From assembly GCA_046563655.1 (NCBI GenBank), contig CM102288.1, positions 5,146,001 through 5,210,000 on the forward strand: DNA of 64,000 nucleotides. Reading direction: 5' to 3'. Below the pieces are notes generated by a model that saw only the letters and a list, made by a program, of their open reading frames with translations, made no database searches and had not been told where the DNA came from. This document shows, piece by piece, positions 12,101 to 25,010 of this stretch (position 1 is the first letter of the stretch; the number at the start of each line of letters is the position of its first letter). The DNA is from Yuukianura sp. NJ FZ-2021. Lineage: Eukaryota. Made by a program: the position numbers and the translations under genes.

Positions 12101-15100
12101 TGTGCACTATGCCATTTTTGGTAAGTTACCGTAAAATTTCCGATAGTCGGCAGAATATTTAACAACATCAGCGTACTAGCTAAAAAGAAAGCATCCGCCA
12201 TTTTAATTCCTTTTTTTTTAAATGAGGTATGTTTGAACAAACACGCCAAGCTCTGTTAAACCAATATGTCATGTTTAGAAAACGAGGGGTGTTCAAACAC
12301 GCGACATTGCTAAAAAAAATCTGCTTCCAAACACGAAATAATGCAATGGTAAAGAATAACATGAATGGTCTGTCAAATATGAAAAGTTGACAAGACAATT
12401 CGTCAAAGTCCTCCACTGCACCAACTCTCCACAACATGATTGCATGACTGTAGAGAAACAAACTAAATTTTCTCTGCTACTCAGACTTTCACCAAATAAA
12501 TTTCCCTCAACTTGCTTTTCATTTCACTTTAACACAAAAAGTAACTTTTTGGCCTTGAATTTAAGTTACGCGAGAGTATTAGCGCCTACGTCTAGTCTAA
12601 AAATTTGTTTTAAGTTATGCCAGACAACTGTTTTTATTGCGTAAAAAGTCTTAGTAGGGTTTGTGCTCAATTTTCAACACAATTGTGCTTCGCCGCTTTG
12701 TTTACTGTTAGCATTGTGACTTTTGATACGACTGTGATGGCTTGAGGAACGAAGAAATGAAAGCATAAAAAACTATAGAACCGAGCGTGACTCGAACCTA
12801 CGTCTTCATTTTCTTGGGTACAAACTTTAGTGGTTGAGCTACACCCTGTAAAACCACAAAAATAATTCGTGCTCTACGGGGTACTCAATGTAAATTAAAA
12901 TTCAAATGAGATGCGCAAAAAGCTAGTTCTCTCCACCAAAACCTTGTTACACTTTCACTCTCCAGGTTATCATGAATCTATTAACACTGAACAAAAAAGA
13001 TAGCATATACTAACACAGCCTAAAAATTGAAAAGTTTTTCCAAAATTTCGAACCTTGCAACTTTTTCATTTTTTCTACAAAGCTTGTTTATAGAATTGAG
13101 CAGTTCTTGTTTTAATTCAAAGAGAAAGTTCGCCAAAAACTTCATGTTGGCGCTGCTCGCTTTGGGCGTTTTTTAATCCATCTGCTTCAAGAATGTCGTT
13201 GACACTTGGTGGATTGAAAATTTGAAATTTTCACAAAATTTTGAAAAAAAAAAAACAGCGTGACATGGTCGTCCATCACTTGCCCTTATTTCTGGTTGGA
13301 AATTGGAGCAATTCATCACATTTGGCTTCTCATAACTCCCGGTCTCTTCCTAAATCCGTCACCCTTCCCGCAGTACAGTCTCCAAACTTTAAAAAAAAGG
13401 GCGGGAAATTTTTGAAAAGAGGTTGAAAAGGGCCCCATTTGGCAGGAGTGTAAGTGATGGGATCAGAGTGAGACTTAAGCCACCTCCTGCCACTGACACA
13501 TCCATCAATTAATTTATGTCTTGCCAAATTTCATTAACGACACACACGACAGGAGGAGTAGTTTCAGTATAGTTAGGTTATTTTAGGTTAGGCGTATTAG
13601 GTTAGGTTGAAGCAGTCCTCCAGCGTATGTGTGTTTGGTCGCAAGTCGAACCAGCTCGTCTTGACATTTGTGCCGGAGATGAATTTGTGCCTCAGCTGCT
13701 GCTCTCTCCGTTGATTCAATTTTCCCGCTGCTCTTCTGGGAAACTTTTTATATTGATCCCATTTATAATTTATTAAATTCCGACCATAGCACACCCAAAA
13801 GCTCTCATGAAGAATCCAGCAGGAAGGAAGGGATTTTTAAGAAGGAAAATCCATTTCGACTTTCACTTTTCTGTAGAAAGTGGAATTGGAATTATTGACT
13901 CACTTGCAACCTCCAGAGTCGCATCTCGACTTGTGACTTGCCCATAAGAATTCACTGCTCGACAGGCATACACGCCAGAGTCCTGGGAACGAACCTGCAA
14001 ACGAACAAAAAGAAAATAATGGAAGGTTCACATCAAATAGACGACAATCAGCATAACAAAAATCAATTCAATGTCTTGCATAAATCACAAACTTCAATCA
14101 CGACTCCCCTTCTTTTGTCGTTTACTCCCTCAATCCCAGCAAAACACGAATTATAGGTTTGAAAAAATCGAAACTCATTGAGAAAAATCGAAAGTTTTGA
14201 AAAAACTAGAGTACCCTGTCTGCTCTAAAGATGTCTGTTCCAAAGAGAAAGCCAGAAAACAATAACTTTTCATTTTTAAAAACAAAGTTTTAAAAAATCG
14301 AACAAAATGTGAACTTACAAAAAATCAGAAAGAAAGAAATCCAATTTCCCCGTAAATAAAATCCAACCCTACCGAAAGAGAAATTAATCTCGTCCGACAG
14401 AAATCAAAACTCGCGCAAAAATCAGACGAAAATCCTAAAAATTAAAATTACAAACGTGGGATGAAAAAATATTTCAAATATAATTCTAGACTATTCGAAA
14501 AATCGGCGGAATTGTTCAAAACGAAACCGAAATTCTTTCATTTAAAATAGAAAATCGTCAAAATTCGTCAAATGAAAATCGCCGACAAAATTGTATTAAT
14601 AATCTTGGAGGAGGAAACAGACTAAAGAGTGTTTTCTTGTGATCTGGAAATGAGGTTGGGAAGTGAAAGGATGAGGCCCCTGTCACCTTGGTCTTCATTA
14701 CACTTTCATTTCCTCTCTTCCAGGGATTGAACAGAGAGAAAGGGCGGGAAAAGTCAATCTGGAAACCATTTCCACTTTCTCTTTTGGAGAAAGCAGGAAA
14801 ATCAGGAAAGGAAGCTCCTCTCTCGCCTTCCCTCTCGAACAAGGGAAGGGCGGCAATTTCAAATTTAGTACAAAAGAATGGAGGAGGCTAAAAACGCTAT
14901 GGAAAGTTAAAATTACTGGAGCCAGGAGAGGTTCAGAGGGGGAGGGGAAGGAAGGGGGAAAAGTAGAGTAGGAAGTGGAAGTAATCAATGGATACCTCTG
15001 CCCCTGCCCCCCCCCCCTGCTCATCCCATTGAGCCAAGAGTAAGGAAACGTGTAAAAGTTTCTCCTGTATTAGAAAAGATCTTTGGCTCAATGAATTTTG

Positions 15101-15397
15101 GACTCAGTCGAAGTTTTCACGTGCTTTCACTTGCGTTGAAATTCTGTCTCACTTCGCCCCTTCTTCATTTTCAAGTTTTTTCGTAACTTACGCGTAGGAA
15201 GAAGAGTGATCCGGAAGGAAGCGGGAATCTGAGTTGCCTAGAATCTGAAATTTGCGTCAAAGGACGGCCGTCCTTCGTCCATGAAATGGTAGGAGGTGGA
15301 TCACCTTCTGCTTTGCAGTTGAGAGTCACCGGTTCGTTTCTTGGAACTACAGAATCTACAGGATGTTCAGAAATTTTTGGCGGTTGACCAGCTTCAC
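198..15397 (-). CDS. robo: Roundabout (Robo) axon-guidance receptor, partial: Ig1-Ig5, FN3-1 and start of FN3-2. The signal-peptide exon was not found and the 3' part lies beyond the window start.
   Basis: Phase-consistent GT-AG exons: 15397-15192 ([27 protein letters not shown]...[10 protein letters not shown]), 13994-13904 ([30 protein letters not shown]), 7017-6867 ([33 protein letters not shown]), 6022-5823, 5752-5555, 5463-5276 (LFWSKEGS), 4884-4795, 4454-4253 (PPPII...LPCRA), 1213-198 (Ig5 end, FN3 with VEYYS and YLFFVRS...SPPSPLS). These motifs are diagnostic of Robo; the paralogue is not assignable by eye. Confidence 0.95.
2366..3043. repeat. 35-bp palindromic minisatellite, about 19 copies
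   Basis: Unit CTGCTCGAGAAATACCAGGATATTCTTCGAGCAGT, with a TAATTCTCGAG variant, repeated head to tail without spacers. Confidence 0.97.
3043..3081 (+). repeat. Interstitial (TTAGG)n run
   Basis: taggttaggttaggttaggattggttaggttaggttagg directly abutting the 35-bp array. TTAGG is the arthropod telomere motif. Confidence 0.9.
8071..8125. mobile_element. Left terminus of a CAAGG-terminus MITE; right end not recognised
   Basis: caaggttcctatggcaacgaaatagtttcttttaacaggttgggcaataagtcc is nearly identical to 11051-11105. Confidence 0.7.
11051..11332. mobile_element. CAAGG-terminus MITE
   Basis: Left end caaggttgctatagcaacgaaatag...taacaggttaggca; right end tgcctaacctgttaaagaaaaa...ccttg. Flanks tcaactccc / tcaactctc. 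Inserted in a short CCGCCAAATTCAAAATCAACT tandem repeat. Confidence 0.75.
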
Positions 15398-17226
15398 CTA
15401 GGAGAAAGTCAGAAAGCAACATATTTCACAAGGTAGAACTTTTTTCTTTTGTGTCTCTGGAGATATAAAAGTCAGAACATTCACAGTTGGAGCTGTGGGC
15501 AGAAAAGTCCAATTTTGAAATTTGAACAGAAGCGCCACAAGGAAACAAAGTCCATGGTCTCCGTCGCTTCCAGGAACAATTAGAGACACTCAAAACAAGC
15601 CTATCTGTCCACAGTCCCTGGTGGATACAAACTTTCACCATTATCTAGCACACTGTCACCCGCAGGATTTCCCCGATGCGGAGTTGGGCACTTTAGGCCA
15701 GAACAACTTTAATGCCCAACTGATAAACTCGAGACAATTTCATACCGTAAATCATAAAACAGTTTTCATACAGATGTTCTCTGAGGTGACAAACTCTCGG
15801 GACTCGTAAACTCACAAAAGTTTGCGCCATTTTGCAAAATACCGTAAACATCCAAAAACGGACTGGGGGCGTCGCAAACAAACTCAGTCGCTGGCGTTGT
15901 ACTTTGTGAAATACCGTAAAACTCCAAAAAAAAGTTTCGTGGCAAAAACAAACAAACTCATTTACACGATTTCCCATGTCTAACCTAACCAAATTTTTAG
16001 TTTTGAAAATACCATAAAAACACAATATAACTTTCGGAGAAGTTAGCATGAAAAAATACAGGGGAAACCGGCTACGTACGTGTGAATCTGACTTTTCTTG
16101 GAATTCTGCACGCGTGTCAAATACAAAATTCAAAAAGCTGGAACCCGCTTTCTCCCGCCATTGAAAATTCAAAATCTGAAATTCGCTTTCCCCAGCCTTG
16201 TATTTTGGGTTTTAATGGATAATGAGATGGAAAGTTGCAACGTTAGAAGCTGCTCTCGCTTTTCTCTCCTATTTTCTAGAAATCTAGAAGCTGTCACCCT
16301 CTGCAAAGGAAGACGGAGCAGCCGATAATCATCCAATTTTTTCTGTGACACGACCACCACCGCAGACGCTTGACAGTTTGTCTTCTGCTCGGTTCGGATC
16401 ATTCGAGATGAAGTGTCGCCAACGGTGACATTTTTTATCCTCCAAAAGATAAAAAACCGAAAAGTTCTTTTTTCTTCTCTTATCCCAGACATTAGTTACG
16501 CACTGGTCTCCCGCCCTGTCAACAGTGTCACTCAAGTCGTTAAACGAAAAAGTTACATGTTTTTCAAATTGTGAATTTAAAATATGAAAAGTAGCCCCGA
16601 CTTTTATAACGGTGTGCTTAAAAGTATTTCTTTCTCGAAAGTTTGTTGCGAGATGTCAGAGACATATGAGGAGTGTGGACAGAGAGGAAGATATATTTCT
16701 GTGCACAGTCAACAAAACTTTCTCTTTTCCCTAACCTAACTTTTCCAGTTGCGAGTCAAGGAAAAGTGAAAGTCAAACTTTGGTCATGAATATCCCGTGT
16801 AACTTCTGCTCACTTTGATTTGAATTATGATTTTGAACAAGGGAAAGTGTCATTGGAACTTGTTGCCAAAACCAACAAGAACCAGATTTCGAATAACAAA
16901 AATGAAAGATGGCAAAACATAAGTATCAGGAGGGTTACATTTTGAAAACATGACCTACGGAAAATTTATGCTGCTTTTGTGATAATTTTGAAAAAAATTA
17001 AATTTTTAAGTTCAAATTGAAATTAAATGTTGTGAATATCAGTCAAATTTAAAAGCAATTTCGAAGTAATTAACCTCTGATAATCTAAATCTTCTGGCAC
17101 TTACTAAATTATCATGAACAACTTAAAACTGTTGTTAATTAAGCGTAAATTCAAATTTTAAATTTTTTTAAAAAATTTTAATGACAAAAGTCATTTATGT
17201 AATCATATACTATGTAACTCAACAGG

Positions 17227-17258
17227 TATAAATACAAATGAAACTGAACTATTCATTC
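17227..17258 (+). promoter_or_regulatory. TATA box and initiator of the nested CBM14-knottin gene
   Basis: TATAAAT at about 17228 and TCATTC about 25 bp downstream. ATG at 17300 is in a CAAAATG context. AATAAA at about 18062 follows the stop. Confidence 0.6.
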
Positions 17259-17299
17259 GTTACGAAAGTAGTAAAAATTGTGTGCTACCAAACCTCAAA

Positions 17300-17917
17300 A
17301 TGAAACTTTTCATCCTCACTTTGTGTTTGGCTTACGCCGTTGCAGCTGAAAGCGGTAAACATTTGTACTTGTTATTTATGTAAAAACATTTAATTATAAT
17401 TTCATTACATAAATTTAATCCATAATTTGCATAATTTTCCTTATAATTCCGAAACCCACACTTGAACAAACCTTCAACATAAAATTGTTTAGTGAATTAC
17501 TGTTTTTGTTTGAATAGACTTCGAATGCCCAATTCCGGAAGGGTTGTATCCGCATCCCACACTGTGCAGCTATTTTTACAACTGCGGCAACGGTATTCCG
17601 ACTAAGCAGGAGTGTCCGGAGAACCTCGTCTTCAATACCAAGAACAACCAATGTGATCATCTAGAAAATGTGGACGACTGCACCAATGAAGTGCCTTACA
17701 CCAAAGTATGTATAGAAAACCCACAAAGCTAACCTAAATCTTATTCATTTGCTTCACTTTTTTAAATATATTTTTTGTTCACAAGTGCTTGCCAAAGGGG
17801 TCGGTGGGATGCACGACATATCCGGGGCCTGACGACGTCAAATGCTGTGGAGGCTACGCCTGCTACAACTTCGGTGGACCTGGAGGCAGCAACTACTGTG
17901 TCGCTCCTCGTCCCTAA
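17300..17917 (+). CDS. Secreted 124-aa protein: signal peptide + chitin-binding peritrophin-A (CBM14) domain + C-terminal knottin-like (ICK) domain, antisense to robo
   Basis: Exons 17300-17354 (MKLFILTLCLAYAVAAES), 17518-17705 (FECPIPEGLYPHPTLCSYFYNCGNGIPTKQECPENLVFNTKNNQCDHLENVDDC, 6-Cys CBM14 pattern) and 17786-17917 (CLPKGSVGCTTYPGPDDVKCCGGYACYNFGGPGGSNYCVAPRP*). Phases 1 and 0 are consistent; total 375 nt. Confidence 0.88.
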
Positions 17918-18363
17918 CTAATTCACCAACGCCAACCTCCTAATTCCAAACAGTTTAGGTTAACCTGACTTTCCGTTGGATAGATTAAGTTAATCTTAAC
18001 GTTGGGTGATGCAGTAATTTGTAGTTGTTTCAAGCACTTGTCAAAGTGTTTTTAAAGTAGAAATAAATGCATTTGAAAAAAAATTCCGTAGTCTGACTAA
18101 AGTTGTGTGGCATAACCTAAAGTTAAGAGAAAACAGTTTTGGAGAAAACGTTAAAACAGGAAAGTAAAGTAGAAAATGAAAGTTGGTACGATAAATATCC
18201 TTCAAAGGTTGTTTAAAACATGGCGCCTGATTTATGATTCCACGGGACTTAAAAGTGTCAAGTGAGTCCAAGTCGTTTGGGACCCCATCGTAAGTCCCAT
18301 GGCCACTCACAAACCTAACTCCAGCCAGACTCCCTATTGTTCCTGTTGGATGTTAGAGTGTGT

Positions 18364-18892
18364 GTTACTTCTGGCGATTGTGTCAACACAAATAAGTTCA
18401 ATTGTGATTGGATCAACTGAAATGCAGCAACTCAAATTGTGCCAATATAGGCTCACGACTATCGGCGATGCCGGTTAATTTCAACCAACTCAGATAATTT
18501 ATTGTTTACACAATTCGAGTCGATCTAGCTCTAGTTTACGCAAACCAGTTGAATTAATTTCCTATACAAAATTATACTTGATCCATTTCTGTCGAATTTT
18601 TTATACCAATAATCCTAGTTAATGCAGTTGTAGCAGACATGTATCAGTCGACGGAATTTGAGTTGATCAAAACCTTTGTTGGTACAATTTTTGTAGAAGC
18701 AACTTTGGGTGGCTGAAATCAGTTTACAAAATTGGAGTTGATCAAAATGTTTTTGATACAATTTTGATTGAATCAATTGTAGTGGAGTAGAATCAAATTA
18801 CCAGATTTGAGTTGATCAAAATCTGTTTGATGCAATTTTAATTGAAGCGATTACAGTTGACTTGAATCAGTTGCGCAAATGGCAATGGAACC
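18364..18892. mobile_element. Degenerate foldback-type element with three ~75-bp subterminal repeats
   Basis: GAGTTGATCAAAA recurs at 18660, 18735 and 18809. The end aatggcaatggaacc resembles the terminus aatggcatggaacc of the 60027-60295 element. No TSD seen. Confidence 0.5.
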
Positions 18893-21800
18893 ACTTGAAT
18901 TTATACAATACCGTGCTCCCTCGTGGGCAGATGAAAGTGAATTTTGGTAAATGAATGCTCAAGCAGGGGGAAGGTCGAAAGTGAAAGTAAAATGAGATTG
19001 TTTCCTGGAGGAACTGTCAAGGAATGTGAGAGACAAGATTAGTCAACTTGAATCTCCGCATAATTCAAACTTCCCTCCACTCCAACTTTGTTCTTTCTTC
19101 CAAGTAAAGGATTTCCTCCACTTCCTTCTGCTTTTCTGCCCTAATCAAAATGAACGCAAAAAGAGACTTTCTCTCCCGGTTTTTAATAAGAACCAAAAGA
19201 ACTCTTCCAAATGCTTCCTTGTGCTTTCTCTCTAAATTGGTCTCTGCTGTTCCTAGATAATGGTTACTCCAGCCCTGTTCCTCCGCACTTTCATTTCCTT
19301 TTGCTTTTCTACATGCTCTTTTCATTGTTTCAATTTATAACTCCCTCTCAAACGAATTTATGTTCCCTACATTCCTTTGTTACAATCCTCAAATTTTACA
19401 GTTTCTTTTTTCAAAGATTAGCAAGCTGACGCAAAATCACCAAAAGAAAAGAATTCTTTTTTGGAAAAACCAGTTTACAACTTCTCTTGTGAAGAAAAAT
19501 TTTTGAAAAAAAATCGAGAAATGAAGTTTCCAAGCTGTTCAAAATAAACGGAATTTTTTGGTCACAAGATGTTGGAACTTTTTTTGAACAGTCCGCACCG
19601 CGGGTTATATCGAAACCCCATTTCCGAAAAGTGTCACAGCAGAAAACGAGTTTTTCTGTGCAAAAACTGTAATCTTTTTCCCTCTTTTTCCACATGACTT
19701 TCACTTTCTCCATTGCAAACCACGAGTAAGTTTGAACTTTGGCCTCAGGAAATGGTTATCGTTTCCCTCAAACATACGAAGATAGATTTCGTACTTTCTA
19801 GACTCTGAGAGGCAGGGCGTGCTTATCAAGTGACTAGCCCAACTTAGTTTTTTTCTACCACAAGGAAAGTTATGAGGAGAAAGTATAAAAGTTAAAGTTG
19901 ATCTTTTGGTGGGGATTTCCAATATTCTAATGTTTCCAGCTCTAGGCTTGCACCAGAAAGGAAAGAGTTAGAAATAAAGTGAGTCTATTCCTGGGATAAA
20001 TGCTGAAGACACTGGCTGTGCTGTTCATCGGAGGAGAAGAGATTTAGGGGTTTCTTTGGCAGAGTTTGTGGTGGCGGGAGATTCAAAGTGTGGAGGAGGA
20101 GGAGGAGGAAGTGGAGGATGAGTGACTGAAAGTGAGAAAGTGATCTTGAGAGGAGATCATTTCAAGGCTAAACCCACTGTGCACCTGTCACTTCTAATGA
20201 GAAAGGATGAGCTCACCCACTTCCCTCTGTAGCTCAACTTTCACACCACTTTCACTCCTGAAGATGAAAAAAAGAAGTTTTCAAAAAATGAAAAAATTCT
20301 CCACTCTCTTAGTTTTTCTTCCCCAACTTTCGCTACTTTCTCACACCCCGGCTATCGCCGTTTTTTTATTTGATTTAATTTTAAGCCGCAGTGCAGATTT
20401 GCTTAGACAAAAATTCTTGAATTTGGGAAAAGAGAGTGCGAACTATAACTCATAAAAATGAATTGTTTTTCTTACAGAAGTGTGATAAAGTTATTTACAG
20501 TATGTTGAAGTCTGTTTTTCCCCCTCCTGGATACTATGCTGAAAGGAAAACAAAGGGAGAAAGGCCCAATCGATCGGACTCCCTTACCTCCAGCAGCGTT
20601 TTCACAAAAAATGGATGTTGGCGGTAAGTTTTTGAAATAAGCAAAAGCTAACTCTCGTGGTCATGAAAGCTAACGACAATTTGATGTTTGAAAACAGCTG
20701 GAAGGAGAGAAAGGCCCATCATCATCATCACCCTTCACTGTTATGATTATGCCTCTATTTCTCCAGATTCTAAGATTCCTACACAACCACCATGTAAATA
20801 CCGACATCAACCCAAATGGCACCTTCAGGCACAACACTCCACTTCAAAACTAACAACAACCAACACAACAACGCAACATAACCTAACTGCTCCTCAAATA
20901 ACTCCATTTCAGGTCTAATTTGAACTGAAGTCGAACCTCAAACTTTCAACTAATTTCAACCAATTTTGTGTGTGTTTTTAATTTTGAGTGTTGTTTGGAG
21001 AAAGTGAGAGTTTTTATAAACAAAGCTGTTTTGTTTTATTCATGATCGCTCGGTACAGGAACTCTGCATGGGTTTTCTTTTATGCTGTTGAATTAGTAGT
21101 AGAAACTTGTTTTTCTGAAAATTTGTTCCACACATTGTTCAAATGCAAGTTCATGCAATTTCGGAACAAAAATTGGAGGCGTTGAAGTGCATGAAATTTT
21201 GAATTTTTTCAAGTGGAGCCAGGGAAACGCCAAGTGTCTTTTGGACATTTTCTCAGAAACTGAAGGCAGCAACGGCGTTTTTTAAAACAAGTTCTTGTTT
21301 TTTGGCTCTCCAGAAATAAGTGCGTAGTGAAAGCAGAGAAGCATGAAATTCAAGTGTCGTTGGCGGTAGAGAAAACGAGTTTTTGGATATTTTGAAAAAG
21401 TGCGTTTAAAAGAAAGAGAGCAGGACTTTCTTAGTTGTAGGAAAGCAACTTATGGTGGATGTCAACCGAACATGCAACATGGAGCTTCTTCTCCTGTCCA
21501 CTTGCCCATTTCAAAAATACCCGCTCAAAAATATTACCACAATTTCTCATGCTTTTCCCGCCTTTTTCTAAGCTCACCTTCCACACCTTTTTGGTCCATA
21601 AATAAAATGTTCCTACTTTTTTCTGTGAGAAGGATCCGTTCTATTTGCTCTCATCTTCCAAATAAAGTAAAATTCTGTTAGACCAGAGTAACTTTTTTCT
21701 CTACTTTTTCCCAAAAAAGCAACAAACGGAAAGACTGTTATATTTTTTCATCTTGAATCGAAAAAGAAGTTTGGAGGATGTGCAAACAGGAGAAACTCGA

Positions 21801-24764
21801 CGCCGTTTCCCTGTCAGATGAAGATGAGAGGGCGGGTAAGTGGAAGTGCGGTGGCGGGAGATTCGAATTTTGATGGAATCGATCCGGGTGCCCTTTGGCC
21901 ATTTCACACTTTCAATCCATTTCTGCCTGTCTGCTACTTTAAGACGTCCATCTTCACTCTCCGCACTTCCAATAATATTTTCCTTTGTCTTGGTCTTACA
22001 AATATTTTCACTTTCACCTTTGCCAGTTTACCTTTCACTCAAAGTGTTACACACGAGGTTGCTTCAAAAAAAAAATAATTTTGAAGTTTTTTTTTCGACG
22101 AAATTGTCCAAAATATTTTTTGGACAGACCCGCTGAGAAGCACAAAATTGAAAAAAAGGAAGATTTTTAGACAAATTTTGAGATCTGGAATTCGGATTGT
22201 AGAAATCATTTCTAAGGAAACATAAATTCAAAAAAAAGAAGAGATTTGAAATTTTTCTTAACACAAATTGGCAACAATATCTTGAAAAACTAAAAAGCTG
22301 CTGTTGTGTTTTTGATATTTAAAAAAAGCGCCCCTTGTTATGATTTTGATACGTTGGGCACGGTTTTCGGAAGAATATTTTGGAGGCTGGAAAGAATTTA
22401 AGCTTTTCTAAAAACTTTTTGAAGAATTTTTTTTTGTTAAATAATGGAATAACTTAGGCTGAAATGAGTTGACATTAATAAGTTGTTTCATCCTAAAAGA
22501 TTTTCTTTTCTTGCACATTTCTGTTTGTCTTTCAATTCAAACAAAGTTCTAAAAAGTCCTTTTCTTTGCTCGTAAAACACAACTGTGTCTCCTCTCATTT
22601 ATTTTCTGTCTCTCTTCTATGAATTGTGTCTCAATCGAAATAGAAAATGTAACAGCCCCTCATCTCCCATCTTCCCTCAAGATCAATGTTTGAAGATCAT
22701 TAACCAAAAAATTCCACCATTCAAAGCCCCCCTCCTGCGCCTCTCTGCAAACACAAACCAACCGCCACTGCTTTCTCCACTTTCACTCTGCTTTACCTCC
22801 CAGTCCAGCCTAAAGTTTGAAGTTTTGTTAGGTTAGGAAGAAATAGCGCCAAAAGAAACGAACCGCGGCAACTTTTGAAATGATTCATTTTCCTAAATAC
22901 AAACTTTCCGACTCCAAATCCCGGTTTCAAAATCTTTCAATTGACATTCACTTGTGGAAAGCTCTTTGATTCGACACAGTTGAAAAGCAGGAGAGAGTCT
23001 CATCAAAGGAAATTATAACATCACTCTACCTAACCAAAAGAATTTAATGATCGCATCCCGCAAGCATCAAACACAAAAGTTTAAAAAGAATTACAAAAAA
23101 AAAAGTTTAAAAAACAAGTTTGACTTTCATTCATAAAAAATTTCTTGGAGCTATACAATGGTGAAAACGAGATCTGAGTCAAAAACAACTTTTTTAAAAG
23201 CTTTTTTTTATGTTCTGTCAGCTTTTGTTAATTTTTTTTGGAATTTAAAAGGAATGAGTTTTTGCTGTATTTTGTTGAGATCATTTCCAAGATGAGAAGC
23301 CAGGAACAAGATTTGAAAGTTTTCTTTTTCTTGAGCCTTTAAACTCGTTTCCACTTCTGGATTTCAAGTTGAAGTTGGTCTGAAAGTGGAAGTTGGAGAA
23401 AAGAGAAAAGTTTCCTGTGGGAATTGTAGGTGAAAGTCCGTTTTCTCCGATTTGACATTTCCTTGTTCTGGGTCATTCAACAAGGAGAGCCAAATAAATA
23501 GACTCAGAAGGACCAAGATTAATGGCATTCCCAGCCATCGCTTGAACAAAAAACGAGGAACTTCCACAAGTCTATACAATGCATTGGTACACAGCATTCC
23601 AAATTCCATAACATTTGGGACACCTTGTACATTTTATAGTACCGAAAAAAGAGCGGGAAAGGGGAAACTTTCTCTTTTTTGAAAAGAAATTTAACGCCAG
23701 CCTCGTCTCGCCTATTTGAACAACGTGGAAGCCCAGGCGGCAACTGCATTTTGTCAATTTCCTCTATTTTGATGTGCTTCTTTCATCTCCTTTTACTGGA
23801 ATGCACTGGATACACAGAAGGAATGCACAAAAAAGCATAAAATGCATAAATCTGTGCACTGGAAAAGGAAAAATAATGAAAACATTCATCTCTCCCCCAA
23901 AAACGTCAAATTTCCTTTATGCTCCTCTTCCGGCATTCTTTCCGCTTTTCCATCTCTGGGCTTCCGCTTTCAAAAACATAAATTTCCCCATTTCCATGAT
24001 TTTTTTTTTCAAATATGAACATTAAAAATATCCGGAACATAAATGGTCATGTTTTATTTTCAAAGTCTACTTTTTCAAAAACTAAGTAACGAGAATCAGT
24101 CTGCGCAGCAGAATAGGAAGGGAGTCTGCGCAGGCAAGAGAAATTCACTTGTTCACTTAATTGTTATTCATTTGAAGTTGAATTGAGTTAGTAAATGGTT
24201 CTCTGCTCCAAGGATCCTTCAACTTAGGAACCACAAATAACGGAATTAAGTCTCTTCCTTTCTCCACTTTCTTCAGGGAAGCTAGGTTAGGTTAGCCTAA
24301 CATAACCTAACTTCTGGAGAAAGCGGGAGAAAGGATTTATTATTTCTAAACAGGAAACACGAACATCCTGCTCTCAACTGCTGTCTTACACCCATTTACA
24401 ATTTAGTACAAGACGAAACATACTCTAGTTTGAAATCAAAAGGATCCATTAACTCCTGACTAAAACAATAACCCCAAATTTACCTTCTAGCGAAGCAACT
24501 AAATTCAATTCAAATGTTTTGGCGCTGATTTACTGCTGTCATTCTAGTCTGCTTCTTTACACTAAAAGCCTCGACGTCAAAACAGGCGCGCAAATCTTCA
24601 CATTTGTCTCAATTTTTCAAGGAATTCTTTGTCTCTCTGTCCAGAAATAGCACCATTTTGCAAATGCATTTTTGAAATATGCAATTACTCTAACCATCAT
24701 CCTAAAAGGTGCTAAACGGAAACATAAAACAGAAGCCAACTTTTAAAAAAAAACACGCAAGCAG

Positions 24765-25010
24765 TTTTTAAGAAGTAGCGAAACCGATTTTACGATCTGA
24801 GTTTGTCTGTCTGTCTGTCTGTCTGTTTAGGCATCATCGGCGGAAATTTCAGAAAAAGTACAAAAAATTTTTGCATGATAGCTGAAATTTTGACAAAATT
24901 TAGAAACTGATTTATGTCTAACCATGCGAATATTCTACGCAACCATTAGTAAATGTTGTGGTACATTTTAAAGGCCGTCCACCTTTCGCTACTTCCGTAC
25001 ACTTTTTTTT
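24765..25010 (+). mobile_element. DINE-1/Helentron-like non-autonomous element
   Basis: 12-bp subterminal inverted repeat GAAGTAGCGAAA (24772-24783) / TTTCGCTACTTC (24984-24995), (CTGT)n microsatellite near the 5' end, T-rich ends. Similar CTGT-bearing remnants at about 26630, 27780, 42380 (minus) and 53132-53360. Confidence 0.65.

Noticed and set aside
12780..12843. tRNA-like sequence on the minus strand (TAGCTCA...GGTTCGAGTC)
   Set aside because: It has A/B-box-like motifs but no convincing cloverleaf; at most a decayed SINE head.
15693..16172. 159-aa ORF and ATGGCGCAAACTTTT|GTGAGT as the robo start
   Set aside because: It lies in a degenerate AATACCGTAAA repeat, has the wrong phase and encodes no signal peptide.
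20588..20697. Exon-like segment on the minus strand with good acceptor and donor
   Set aside because: Its ATG frame stops after 20 codons and the robo-compatible frame has no ATG. It could be a UTR exon but is unsupported.
23364..23609. Hydrophobic ORF (LGMPLILVLLSLFIWLSLL) as the robo signal peptide
   Set aside because: No phase-1 donor after the hydrophobic stretch and no clear acceptor upstream.
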